Below the pieces are notes generated by a model, which worked only from the letters and a program-made list of their open reading frames with translations, did not search any database and had not been told where the DNA came from. Shown here piece after piece: positions 25,060 to 38,800 of a stretch of DNA of 64,000 nucleotides. Position numbers and translations under genes: made by a program. How positions within the stretch are numbered: position 1 is the stretch's first letter; the number at the start of each line of letters is the position of its first letter. This DNA is from Ptychomitrium polyphyllum (Eukaryota): positions 10,788,001 through 10,852,000 of the forward strand of contig OZ316776.1 of NCBI GenBank assembly GCA_973851085.1. Reading direction: 5' to 3'.

Positions 25060-26780
25060 AATCTTCACATAAGTGCAGTATAATGTATAAGTATGTATGG
25101 GAATGACAATTGGCTATTATGCAGCCCACTTGTGTAATTCAAAATCCAAATAAGCATGGGGTGCCATGTGAAGTATATTTGGCATCTACCAAATGGATGG
25201 GAATGGAATTGATGCCACATCAACAACCTGCCATGCCATGGTACTTCAAATAGAATTACCTTGGCATCTTGCTCTTTCATTCACTATACATGCAGAACTC
25301 TGGTCATAGTGCCAAAAATCTGTAATCCATCACTCTGCATTTCACCCAATTGTACAGAGTTTTCAGCTTATTTGTGATATTTCTTCTTGTCAGCATAGGT
25401 TCCACAGCAGTTTACATTTGGTTGATAACTGAATGTAAGAAACTGATGCTTTGGAAGCAATAGATGCAACTGGATCAGATCAAACATATTAAGGTGCAGG
25501 TTCATGCATTCTGATCTTCTGAAATCCAGGTTCTATATCAGTTTTATAAAAGCAGAATTAGAGGTTACTACATCAAACATCTAATATGAATACTTTCCCA
25601 TAGCATCTGCTATCAAGTTATCACTTACTTAGAAACACATCTGGATACAATTCATCCAAGGCTCTATGATGTTGGTTTGGAAGTATTGAACTTGGATGCT
25701 GATCCTTAGTTAATATTTCCAATCAAAGTATGAAATCAAATTTGGGAGTACAGCAAATTTAAACACTAATGAAAATAGTAGATAGGCTCATAGATTTGGA
25801 GCATTATGACAGTCATCATGATAACTATATGCTTCAGAACCTACATGTGCAGCTAGCCTTCTCCAATGTCATGCTGTTTAAAAGCCTGCTGATGGAATGA
25901 TAACATAAGGCTTTGCCTGCATCTCTAGGTCACATTGACTGAATCAACAGTAAAGGTGGTGTGGGTGGATAACCAATGTTTTTCTCTTGTAAACAAATCA
26001 TAAAGATTATCTGGCAACATATAGTTCCTTCACAGAATGACATCCTTGTGTGGTGGCATGATATGCCAAACGCATCTGCAGCTGGAAGCTGGCAGGATTT
26101 TCAACATCTAGATAGAGATTGTGAGTCGTATTTGCTGTTTTCTGCAATACCAGCTTGGGCAACTAGGTTAAGTAAGTAGTCAACATGCAATTTCTAGCAA
26201 TTGCAAGGGTCAAGTTCAATACATTTTTTTTTAAAGTACATGTTTTAATTGAAAGAGTACGGTTCAAAACTTGAACAATATTTGGTTTCTTTTGACAATT
26301 TATTATAAAAATCCTTCAGTTTAGATTGTTTATATCACAAATTCCCATTACATGCACTACCAGTGTATAATAATATCTTAATATATTTTCCTGTAATTCA
26401 ACAAAACACAAGAATAGTTTCCTGAAATTCTGACTTCAATTCTGAAAATTGAAGTATTTCTTTAAAAACTCTGTGTCTACTTCAAATACATCAATGTAAT
26501 GCTTTACTCAGTACAAGTTTCAATTCTCTTGAAAGAAGGAAAAAATGGATCTATAATATAGTATTTTCATCAAAACTGAGACATCTTGAACTTATCTTTC
26601 TTGAAGCATCAACTCTCACACCTAGCATATGATTAATTTCTAAAAGACTCCTAGACTGATAGTTGTACACATAATTTGGAAAGATGGTACTTTTGAAACT
26701 CAGATGACACAAAATTTATTACTGAGGGATGATCTAATGCATGCACTCAGGACAACATTGCAAGTCTGATATTTGAGGTC
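25060..26780 (-). mobile_element. Probable highly decayed CACTA/En-Spm transposase remnant
   Basis: Minus frame near 25405-25065 reads TYADKKKYHK*AENSVQ...QIFGTMTRVLHV..KVILFEVPW...PYILI, resembling the C-terminal CACTA transposase pattern (T..D..K.TQNSGV..YYG.I..I...VVLF...W...PFIL). A PECMH motif near 26745 may be the D.MH motif. The region is almost CpG-free with many stops. Confidence 0.4.
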
Positions 26781-28498
26781 AGCATCATTTTGTTTAATTT
26801 GCTTAAATTTAGGTGACTGCTAAAGATACATATTTGTCAGCACATTCCATCAAACCACAAGGCAACCAGAGGCTATGGCATCTAATCTCCACATATTAAC
26901 ACAATTGACTGCCAGATTGATCCAAGTGACAATTGACAAATTGCTTCACCTTGAAATAAATTTGCTGATGTTACCCAATGCACCTATTTGGTAAAAAAGT
27001 AGCTATTTCCAGACCATATTGGTGAAATATAAACTAACCTTGGAGGTTCCTAGAAGTTGACCTCTATATTCTCAGAACAAAAAAAACCAAATCTTATAGC
27101 ATACCAATGTGTTGGATCTTGTATAAGAACTAAAGATTTTTCTTAAGAAAATTAAAGAAAATTGAGCTTGACTTTCATTCAAAGAAAGCAGAATGCCTAA
27201 CTCCAAGAGGCCACATGTCCAATTGGACATAAAAGAAAATCACAAGTCCTACTTAAAAGGCTATATCTTCTTATTTGTTGCTTCTATCTATTTAAGCGTT
27301 ATTGGATGTATTGTAAACTTGCATGCAATTCTCTACAAAATATTTGCTGATTATTTTAAAATTTAATTGTAAGATATGTCATTTTGAACTTCATTCTCTA
27401 AACTTAGGCAACATATTTATGCAACATTTTTGTACATCAAATATTATATTCTCAACAATGAACAATTGGATTTTGATGAATTTGTTTGTGAAAGTGTGCA
27501 ATTAAGTCTAGTTCAAGATCATAAGGTTATTTTGTAGAGAATTTTAATAATTTATTACATTAATGTGGATCAAATCTAAAATTTTCGTGGTAAGAAAGCC
27601 ATGTGCACTAAAGGTTTAAAGGTGCAAATTATACCTTCACTTGCAGAGAGGCTGGAATTAGGCACAGTTGTCTCTGTTATAGTACAAGCAACCTTTCTGA
27701 ATAGAAGCACCAAGATGTGCACACAAAATACTCTTGCACTTCCTCCCTCAGTATGTATTAAACCAAACACTCTCAATGTTGCAAATGATGAACATCATTA
27801 TTTGATTGTTGTTTCACAGCTCAGTCGTGACCGCTTTGGGGGCTTGCCATTGTGTGTGCTTCAGGCAAGAGGTGTCTTGTTGTCCAGTCCGAGAGGAACT
27901 GCGTGACCACTAATTTTCAGGGTTCCCTAGGTGTACATCGTGCAGCATTGCAAATCAGTAGTCGTGTTTAAATAAGCTGAAGTAATCTAGAGTGCATAAA
28001 ATGCTAAACGTGCTATGACATTTAATTTAAATAAAACATTGGGGAATCTAATATGTACCACATACTGTAGTTGATAAACTGACTCGATATATCGCCAAAA
28101 ACAGCGTCGTTCTCTTTATTACATACAAGCAGAGCCCATCCACAAAGCTGGAGACAACGCCCTAAGTTTGTACAGAGAACAGGTGGAATGTACAGCTTTG
28201 GCACCCAAATTCAAAGCTCTCTAGAACTTCAGAACCACTTTACAAGGTGTCACCTAATTGACTATGGAACCACAGATGGAACATACTCCCTTCAAGACAA
28301 CAACCTGAAATGCCAAAATTCAAACATCTGCATCAGAATTGTCTACAATCTGGGCTCCCATGAGAATGGATCTCAATACTTCCATACGGTAGATTGGCAT
28401 CTGCGCATCCTTAGATCTCACCAAACTTGCTGAAACTAGCAGCATGTACAGCTTGGACGTTTTCACGAAGGAGGGGACGCACAGACATAAATGGAGAA

Positions 28499-31003
28499 CT
28501 AGCATTCATCATCGGACCAGCCAGCATATATCTTCAAGTCTGGGTCTTCGACATCCTCTGGTTGCAGGTCCATCAAACTGTCGTCATCTGCGGCAGACCT
28601 ATCTTGCTCCCTGCTGGGAGCAAGCATCTGGTCTGGATCTTCCTCATCCTCGCCCTTTGGAGGATCGTACTCGTGTAACAAGCGACGCCATTTTCTAATC
28701 TGGCCATCCCAGCTTCGTTTACTGCAGACCTGTCTTATATCAGGTGTTCGCGGATGTTCCTTAGTTCGCTGGTACCTACAAGGTAACCGATGAAATGGTT
28801 CAGAAAGTACAAGCCGATGTCGATGAACTACTCTTCTTTGAAACCAAAATATTGAGTTTGTACAAATTGTGTTCTCTGAAAAATGGCTGTGGATAATTCT
28901 TCTCACCTTGGGACAGAATCAGTATATCTTTCATAACCAAGCGTGTTTTTCCCATAGTCAATCTGCTTTTGCCGCTGGCAAAGTCGATGAGGGTCTACTT
29001 CAACTGATTTTGCTGGTGCACCTGCAAAATGAACGTGGCACACTTATTATCAGGGCCACTCTGCGTCAGCAATACAAAGAAACTATCGGCCACAACTATG
29101 ATACAAATGTTCTGCTTATGATGGTATCTACAGTCCGTCTCCCGTATAAATGGCATTAGGCTACGCATGAATGAAAAGGATGGCCACAGAGGCAGAGAGT
29201 GATAACTCAAAAGAACGCAAAGAAGAACCCTCATGTAAGCTTAAAGGATCTGAAGCTCCTTGGCGGAACAACTCAAAAGAGTCTACACCTAAACTCTAAT
29301 TACCTCAAACCTCCCAATTGTCGCCACTTAAACCCTGAGTGCACATAAATGTGCATCTGAATCACGAGAAAAACCACCCATGCGCCCCGTGCTAATATAG
29401 GTCACCCAGCACCCAAACCTAGTCCCCCAACCTTCCAGGTCTGTCAGCCCTACAACGACCCATATTCTCTTATTACGGCAGCGGTAAAGCTGCACTTCTC
29501 ACATACCACGGCCATTCCCTTAATGAAAGGAGAGCTCCAAAGTGCAGCAGAGACAAAAACAAAAGATGGGTCTTTCGAGACGATGGCGACATGCGCCATG
29601 AGCAGTCCCCCAAACCCTCATGGGTACACATACACAGCACCATCCGCGACATGCCATCCGCGAGAGAGAATTTCAGGGTTCTGCGCATGAACCAGACCTG
29701 AACACGCTAGAGATTCTAAAATGCTGCACAATGAGGTGGTTGGTCGCTTACTGATGGGAGCCTTCGCAAGAGTGAACTTGTGGCTGTAGTCCACAACCGT
29801 CACGGACTTCTCTTTCGTCGGCTGGGTGCTTTTCAGCATGTTCTCCTTCAGCACCTCCTTCTCCAAGTCACGCTCCTTCTCGGCCCACCGTTCTCGTTTC
29901 TCCTGCCGTCTCTCGGCCTCCATGTCCCGCCCGCCCTTCGCTCCTACGCTCGCCGCCGAGCCACCACTCGCAAGGCTCGCGCGTTCTTTGCCGTCATCGT
30001 TGTCGGAGCGGGAGCTTCGTCCCGAATCCTGAACCTTCCGCACCCCGGACCCCTGGACCTTGCCGATACCCGCACTCAGATCAAATTCCACCCTTCTAAC
30101 CCTCACACTGGCATCGGGGACACCTCGCTCGATTTCATAATCGCCGTAATCCCTGGTCTCTCTGCTCAAAGTCTCCTCAAAGCGACCCCTACGATTCAAT
30201 AACTCCCGCACGTCGGAGCCAATCCTCCCCCTCTCAGGGTAGTAGTCATGAACTTGGCGAGAATCTTCTAAGAAAAGGCTGTGGTCGTCCTCCCCATGCA
30301 CAAACTCCCCTACCTCTCTGCCACTAACCCTAATCTCGTACCCTTTCTCCACAGGAACTCTTCTTGCCGTGAGCTTCTCCTGGACTACCATGCTGCGCTC
30401 GCTCATCATCAATGAACTCCGGTTGCCATCCCCGAACACCGACATCAAATCTTGCTTCCGCTTGCTGCCCCCGAGAGCAATGAACCTGGATGCGGTCCCA
30501 CCATCCCTCACGCGCATGCCCACAGCCCTATCCCATCCCATCCTACCACTCCCTGTTCTGCCCTCAGATTCACGGCTGGAGCGACGCAGTCCTGCATCTC
30601 TCTCATTCTCACCGTCTTTCAGAGCAATCACTCTATGTCCTGGACGAGGGTTCGAGCTCTCAGGAGAAGCCTGCATCTTCATGCGAGATGGAGACCTTTC
30701 ATAGCTATGGTTGTCTCGTTCCGTGTAGCGAATTACGTTCCGGCCGCTTCCTCTGGAGTGGTCATCCGGGTGTGTCTTGATTCGCTTCCAATGGGATTGC
30801 CTGTCTCTGCTGTCATCATCTTCCTCGTCTGAAGAATAGTAGCGGCGTCTGTGGGAAATAGAGCTTTTCGAATATGATAGCAGGGATGGGGAAGATTTCT
30901 CCGCATGCTGGTATGACTTGGACGGGGATGGCCTGGAAGGGGATGACTCTGCGATCCCGGACAGCTGCTTGGTTGCAACAGAATCTGGAATGAGGTACAT
31001 CAT
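28499..31003 (-). CDS. SLBP: Histone mRNA stem-loop binding protein homolog (3 coding exons: 31003-29698, 29021-28907, 28775-28499; 565 aa)
   Basis: Exons 2 and 3 splice to EVDPHRLCQRQKQIDYGKNTLGYERYTDSVPRYQRTKEHPRTPDIRQVCSKRSWDGQIRKWRRLLHEYDP, the complete SLBP RNA-binding domain (RQKQI.YGKNT..Y..Y...VP...HP.TP....S.RSWD.QI..W...LH..DP). It is followed by an acidic tail. Exon 1 is a long R/S/D/E/G-rich ORF with a phase-1 CAG|GT donor that fits exon 2. Confidence 0.93.
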
Positions 31004-32329
31004 CGCCTACAGCTCGCATTTTATTGAATGCCGTTTCTGCAGCAGCATTGCAGGGAGTACACCACCCGCTAGTGCGAAATGTTGTGTTGCTACTGGAACT
31101 CGCAGAACTTGGCGCTGTGTTGATCCTGGAGTACTCGAAATTGAAAAGCTGTAACTGATCTCCTCTGTAAGCTGAATATTGGAAGCTACAGCTTAAGCCA
31201 AAGAGGAATGGACTCTTCTGGAGATTGTTACAAGACCACTTCCACTGATCAATGTACCGTTACCCTAAGTTGTGAATAATCGTTAATTGGTTCAAATTCC
31301 AGACGTCAGTGAAGTGAAGCGCTTGAATTAACAAAACACTGATTCGAACTCAATGAAGAGCCCTGAAGCTATCCCTGCAATCTGAATTCCACTCGAAACC
31401 TAACACTACGAGCTACATGCCCTCCACGGCAACGCCAACATCACCGATCCTCAAAATACCTACGCCAAAAATCCGCAACCCCTCTCTAAAACTAATCTCA
31501 CGAAATGCCAGTGAACCCCCCAAGGTCACCCAAAAAGACTTCAAAAAACCAAAATCTGGAAAAAACATCAAAAACTAAGGTCTTTCTACAGTTATAACTC
31601 ACTCGAAAACCACTCAACAAATCCACCAACACATGAACAGAAACCTTCTGCCAACTTCAGCACCTTCCACGAAACGAACAGAATGAGGCGCTCAACCGAC
31701 AGAGCAGAAACTCGATCGTCCTCACAACAAAGAGAGCGCCATGACGTCCAACCTCAAACCCTAAACCTCGCATCTCCAAGGGGCCGAGACCAACCCTGTC
31801 GAACGGTCGGATGCAGACATTCAGACCGGAAGAATCCAACCCCACCGTACACCCCAGATGAAAATTTGCGGTTGGTGATTTCAACCCCGACCTGCACTGG
31901 CAAAGGGCCCTCGGAGTGTTCGAATACCACCCAAAAGCGCTGGTTCCGTCACACGCGGAGCGCCCCGACGTCGATTCCGTGGGCGCTGGTGCGGCGAGAG
32001 GGAATCCGCACAGATCAACGAGTCCGCACAGCTTTGGTGGGCTTCGAGGAACGGAAGCGATCATTGTGGAGTGTGAAGCGAGGCCCCCTCCTTGAGGACC
32101 TCGCCCCGGGTCCGGTTGCTGGATAGACGGCCTGGATGAACTCTATCCGACGTTGCGAAGGACCTGGGGGATTCGATGGCAGGGATTGGAAACGACGGCG
32201 TGTGATCGACCGCTGTCGGAGCTTTTTTGTGAAAGTCATAACTCGCGGGAACGCGCCTTTCTGCAATTAGCGCGGGAACTTCTGGAGTTTTGTAAGGGTG
32301 GTCGCTTCTCGCAGAGTCCGCTTCGTACT

Positions 32330-32480
32330 GGAGCCCGAGAGCCCAATTCGGCGCTGGCCCGATTCAGCCCGAATCGGACTTTACGATGTTAAGCTCTTGG
32401 GCTCAACTGAGGGCCCTATTAGGATTTTCTGCAATTGGGCCGTCGTCGTGTGAGGCCTTGGAGCCCCATTGAGAGGCCAT
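32330..32480 (-). promoter_or_regulatory. Probable SLBP proximal promoter with clustered GGCCC/AGCCC (site II-like) elements
   Basis: Multiple GAGCCC, GGCCCG, TGGGCT, GGGCCC and TGGGCC motifs sit at the edge of the GC-rich island upstream of the gene. A telobox-like AAACCCTAA occurs at ~31757 in the presumed 5' UTR or intron. Confidence 0.5.
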
Positions 32481-34109
32481 TTGGGTGTGACATTGGGGCG
32501 TTTGTTGTGATTTCTTTTAAGGATTGAGTAGGAACAGCAGAAGCAATTATTATTAGAGTTATAAAGCAAGGGCAATTACTTTTACAGCTTTTATGCTTGT
32601 GGTGTACCTCTTCAAACTCTAGTCTTATTCTTGAATATTAGGACTGGGTGCTCGTGTTTTTTAAGAACCCCTATTTGAAGTTTATAAAGCTTATATTTGT
32701 ATACACTTCTTTTATTATTGTGCATTGCATTTTTCAAGCCTTTGTTGATCAGTAGATATTTATGAAGTGAGAGAAATCTTGGAAACCATTTTCATTGTTG
32801 AAAACAAAACATATAATTTATTACTAAAAATACATATACAATTAATATTTTTAGGCTAATTATAAAATAATTAACAAAACAACCACTTCAAAAACAAAAT
32901 CAATCATTTAAGAAATTAAGTTTTATTTGATATTTACCTATCAAAAAATAGAAAAATTTATTTTTTAAAATAAATTTCATTTGTAGTCAATTTATTATAT
33001 TAAAAAAAAATTAGTGTGAAAAAATAAAATTAATTTGTCTTTGTTTCTTTTACTTAAAAAAATCGAATAATCTTTTTGTAAAGATAAAATTTATTATAGT
33101 TTAGTTCTTTTTTATATAACTATTGAAAGAAGTGTGGCTATAGTTTAAAAATTCCTTCAATTCCATTTATTTAGTATATATAGATTCTTATTTTTGTCTT
33201 ATTTTTCATTTCCATTCCTTTAATATTTGTAAATTTTTTATATATAATTAAAAAAAATTCATCCACCATTGCTATCAAATAGACAAAAGATTCTTATAGT
33301 TTTAATATTTTTTATGGCTTAAAGAAATATATTTATGACTATGTTTGCTTTAATCACTTTTACGTTGATTAGTTGTAATTGAAACAAAATAACTTTGAAT
33401 ACCTCAAAATACAAGTAGTTTTTAATACATGTTTATATTGTGTATTACACCTAGTTTTTCCACTTGTAATTTAGCTACATGATATTATAGATGCAACTCA
33501 ATTGTTGAAATTTGCAATCAAGTAAATTTGATGAAACAACTTTGAAACTCGAGATTAAAAGGACCTTGGTAGATTATGACAAGATCTTTTTAGTACACCA
33601 TTAAATAAAGATTCCAATAAACTTAAGTTTGTTTAAAAGAAATGAAGGATGGAGCTAGGATAGAGATTTTAATGCAAGAAGTCTATTGGTAACAAAATTT
33701 CTTATCTACATTTGGAGCTACATATTTTTTTTGATGCTTAGAATTTAAAGTTCACCTTTATAAGGGGTGGTGCCTCTTGACATTGCACTTCTAACAAAAC
33801 TAAGTTCATGTGTTTTAAAGCTTTGAGGTAATTATAGTACTTGGTTGAGTGAAAGGGGTACTACCATTGCATTCCAAAATGTTGACCTACTTATATTTAT
33901 ATATGGGTATGAATTTAAAGCTCATCTATCAAGATTGGTGGAAAAATTTTAGATGAAAAATGAAAATGAGGTATGAATGATTTTGGAATTAATATTTGCA
34001 CTTTTGAATGAATTATCTTAATGTAATGATAAATTAAATTGACATTCATGAGGTGGATATAGCATGAATTCTAAGATTGGAATTAAACATTCAAACCCAT
34101 TTTAATTTA

Positions 34110-34112
<3 letters not shown>

Positions 34113-34151
<39 letters not shown>
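34113..34151. repeat. (AT)n microsatellite
   Basis: About 19 perfect AT units. Confidence 0.95.
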
Positions 34152-34153
<2 letters not shown>

Positions 34154-35870
34154 CTATCTAACTCTTGTGTGAGATTTTAAGCCACCTGATTTGAGTGCAC
34201 TTATTTTACTTCACAGTTGGCATATCAAATCATAATGATAAGTAGATACTAGTATAAATCAATATAAATCAATATTTCATGTTGTGTTTTCACTAGCTTC
34301 TATTGTAAAAATAGCCCTAGTCTTAAGTTTGGCCTTCACACAAAAGACCCCATACTCAGTATTGGGGTGCTAAATTTGCCATCTTACGCTTGCTCTATCC
34401 ACCGGGTTATGGCTTCAAATCCGAGTTCTTTCCAAGCAATTTCTGGGGCTATGACCTCATCAAGAGGTTTCTTAGTAACTGCTGTAGAGAATGGTAGAAT
34501 GGATACGGTTGGAAGAAAGCATGTAAAATTTGCAGTAGAAGCAGCATCATATCTAGACTGTTGTTTTAAGAGCTCGAATGCACACATGGGTTGTTCTTAC
34601 ACCATGAAGGTTATTGATCGGAGATGGTGTCCTAGCTTAGAAAGAACTACGATTTGGAGCTCCAGAAGCAATTTGGAGCCAGGAATTTGTCTAAACTATA
34701 GAGAAGACCAATGAGGTCAAAGTTTTGATGGAGAAGAAAGGTTGGTGCAATGAAGGGTCGTGAAAAAAAGTACCGCTTGAAATGGTTGAGTGATGACAAA
34801 AGAGTCGTTTCTTGCCAATGTTGATATCCGATCTCTCTTCTGTTTCTTGTAGCAATTTTGTAATAGGCCTGTGCATATGGTCAGAAAATGCTCCCGCAAC
34901 GTATGCCAGTTTGCTGAAGATCTATGATGACAATTTTAATTCAGAAGGAACTCTGCAGATAAGAGCCATCCCCATCTCCACCAGATCGCCTTGAATGTGG
35001 ATAATAAAGGGCCGTTTTGCAATTCGAGCAACAAGTTTTCAAGTCACTTAAATTGTACTAAATTCAAAAACATTTGATAACCACCCTTCCTCAACCTTGA
35101 GTAATGTCACTAGTCCGAGAAAGTGTAGCTACCGATTATTCGTGAGTAGAGACTAATGATACAGCAATGGGCTACATAACTGACTACAGAAACTCACTCA
35201 AATATAATTAAAGGATCGGCTCTCAAGATAGAGCTTGAAAATGCATTTATTGACATACCCTCATCAATTGAAGAAACAAAGCACTAGTACAATGAGAAGC
35301 ATTTCAATAACTCCACGTTCGCTTGCGCCCTTCATGGAGAAAAATCCCTGTGAAAAATTCGTTTGGAATATTAAAAATGAAGCTCACAAACAGGCATGTT
35401 TGTCTACATTGACAAAATGCACGAATCTTACCTTAGTTGCCGAAACCTTACGGCCCCGGTACCTATTGATACGAGGCCAGCCTTCACCCTAGGTTTTAAC
35501 CGATAACACGCTTGCGATCGGTCGGTTTGGGATCCATACTCCAAAGGTGATCAATGATGGTAGCCAAAATGCAATTGCTTGGATGCAGAAAAAGGTTACA
35601 TTTGTCGATGTTTCAATCTCTAACCTGAACCTCAAGAACGTCACTAAGCGCAATTTAACCTTATCCTGAATGATGGCACATGTAACGGACGTCGTTACAT
35701 TTAGGGAAGGTCAAATCGGTTCTTCGTTTTCGTGCTACCTGTAACATGTGCTGTGTGAAAAACTAATCTGAAAAGCAGGTTGATCTTCGAGCATGTAACT
35801 GGAATGGGCTATGGCTGCACGGTTCTTTTCTCAGGTCAAGGAGAACCTCATGTAGTTTTAAACTCCTGAT

Positions 35871-38800
35871 TCACATTGAACAACCTCCTGACAGAGAACA
35901 AGAACTATTGTCAGAACCAAGTAGTGCCCCAGCCTTGACGACGATTTGTGCAGCCTCTATCAGAAGAGCTTCCTCCGTTGTCAGAAATTCATCCGTCCCC
36001 TGCATCAAAGCCAGACACATTCAAAAGCAGATATGACTGAGATTTTCCTCTTGATGCGCAAATCAAACTTGCAATGTGCCTACCCACTGGTGTCAACAAG
36101 CGCTCATCCTTGTAACTTCTATCCTCAATCGTGAACTTATATCGCACGTTTCTGCGTCTAATTAGGCAAGTCCGAACGCACCATGGGTTTCAGGTTGCAA
36201 GTAACATTGAGTTCCAGCGATAATCCACCAATTTTGATGACGTGACAACGAGGCAATTCAGTCTCTAAGAAAACCCTTGGGTGTTCAGTCAGCATCTTCC
36301 GCACTTCAGCTGTAATGGTAGGCACCCTGTCCAAATCCTGAAGCCGCATCGGGAGAGTAAAAGCCATGCCTCTCCACTGCACACGGGATTTGTTCACAAT
36401 CACCTGCCAAATTTGGAAGATGGATTTGTTTCGGTGTCCTTCCGAGAATTGTTTGAACGCTACGTTCAGGAAGGATTTTACATAGGCATTGAGGAATCAC
36501 CTGGCTGGAGAAGAATGAGTTGGGAACAATTATGGGAAACTTGTCTGCATTCAATAGTAGGGTAGAGTGTATGCCCATCTCTACCACCTGACCAGTCACG
36601 GGTCCAGCCTGCCATTCCACACAAAAACATCGACATTTCAGATCATAGTATAACATTTTAAATAAAATAATACTATGCATGTTAGACGTCGCAAAAGCTT
36701 GTCGGAACGTTGACACTACATTAAGAACCTAGAATTGGTTTACGTTATAAAGAATCGCACATCATGTGAATGCCTTTGCACAACCCAGTATATTAAACTC
36801 ATTACGTACAGAATGACAACTCAGTGGTTGGAATTGGAGACGACACATTATTATACAAAGCAGAAATCGACGAACACAACGCTACTGGTAGATCCGCTCT
36901 TGGACCACTTTCACGAATGAGCTACATGTTCCACACAACTCCTTCTCAGTGCATTAATCTACTTCACGGGTTTAATGGAATAAAAGTGCCAGGTAATGCT
37001 ACTCAAATTACTGATTCTAAGTTCTGAGGGTGACAAAAAGTCCATGTAGGCCTGAGTATCAGCAAATGAAAGGAATCTATTCATCATATACAAATTCATC
37101 GCACTCAAGGATGTGGTTTCGCAAAAATGAAGATGAGGAGCTATTATACTCAGATCTACGAACTGTACTGTTATCGAGTCGCCGATAGAAAAAGGCTTGG
37201 AAAATTGGAGTGCAACGCCACAAAGCATGTTCCCCATCACGTCCTTGGCAGCAAAGGCAGTCGCAACTCCTGCACCCATCAAAATCCCGTCTGAGGAATA
37301 AGAATGTACACTGTATTTGCAGATTCTATTTCAAGAAAACAAAATTTTAAAAAGTCGTCGATGAGCACATTCGAGCACTACCACATGGACGAAACAAACC
37401 TCGACATAGGAAAATGAATTTAAGAGAAAGACGATAACCACATTTTGGTAATTGGTACCTACCTCCTATTCCTCCCACAGTCAAGATTGATTGCACGGCC
37501 ATTCCACAGGCTTCAGCTACGGCCATACAACCCAGGATGAGTAAACCCAGCGATGACAAGTGATCCATGGTCAGGTAACGCTCTTTGTCAGGTCCTGCAA
37601 ATGACTTCCCCGTGACAATTCGTGCAAATACATTGGCTTTCCAGCGGTATAGGAACCAAACCATACATACAACTGTAGCCCCACTCCAGATCTGTGTTAA
37701 ATAATTTGCTGCCACGGATGTGGGTGCCACCATGTATGCCCTGACAACCCATAAAACAAAGGATTGAAGCAGAGACAACATCAATCTTTTGAAATACTTA
37801 ATTCATGACTGGCGGATGGCCATCGGATGACAGCTCTACAAGATGCACCTTGAATGGTGAGTTCCTCTTCATTGGAAGGTAAAATTAGAAACCAGCCACA
37901 CATTCTGACAAGAAACAAGGACTACCACCGTCAACAAGTGTACACTAATTTGGTCAATAAGATGTCCAGCCATAGTCACAGTAGATTCTAAGACAAATTG
38001 GCAATATACAGGAATTAGGACTTGTCCCCAGAAGTCAACGCAGCAAAATTCACCTTGATATATACAGCATAGGATTGGTAGTAACAAAATTCAGACGACA
38101 AAAATGATCATAATAGTCGGAATTGCACTCTATCAATGTTAGTATTAAGACCATTATGCACTTTGTCATCAACAACAAATATTTGAGATGGCAGCTGCTT
38201 CCGCAACGCTTTGAAAATATTGGCACGTAATGGTTCAGCTTTTGGAAACGTAACATATTCCGGCATCCTCTTGGCAATGCCCAATTGTCTAATTGCATTA
38301 CCCTCAATTGATAGGGTGCTTTCAGAGGGCTAACACTCACATGTGGGAGAAGGCAACAATGGCTGCTAGCAAGCGCGACGGGTCCTCCAGAGCTCCACAC
38401 ATGCTAAGCTCATATGGCACCTTCTCCAGCACTTTCTCAAGCGGTGTACGTCCCACCAGCATCTTTGTGGTTGGGGTCGGTGCAGTTTCCATGTATGAAT
38501 ACAATCTTCGCAGTACGTTCGGCAACACAATCCATGCCATAATCGACAACACGACAACTGTGCTCCCAGGTCGCACTACCACCAAAGCACCTTCTCTGTC
38601 CCTTGCAATGCCCACGCATCTTGGGAGCAGATACAAAAACAGTCTCCTGGCTTGTCCCCACCCTTTTATCAACCCAAGGCCTAATTTTATAAGCGACGCG
38701 GTCGCCCTAATCTCAGGAAAGCGTGGATCCCTTCGTCTGATGGGGCCGGAGGCCACACAACTGGTGCCCATTGCAGCCATTGACCAGCTCCGAGTGTTCT

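Noticed and set aside
28100..28498. Histone-type stem-loop in the SLBP 3' region (autoregulation idea)
   Set aside because: No GGYYCU-UUUC-AGRRCC type hairpin was found by eye, and no histone gene is visible in the window.
29470..29700. XS-domain-like reading of the SLBP exon 1 read-through (VYVYP*G)
   Set aside because: Superficial similarity broken by a stop. The sequence is better explained as intron.
34367..35000. Short ORFs downstream of the MSL gene
   Set aside because: No recognisable motifs or consistent splice structure.
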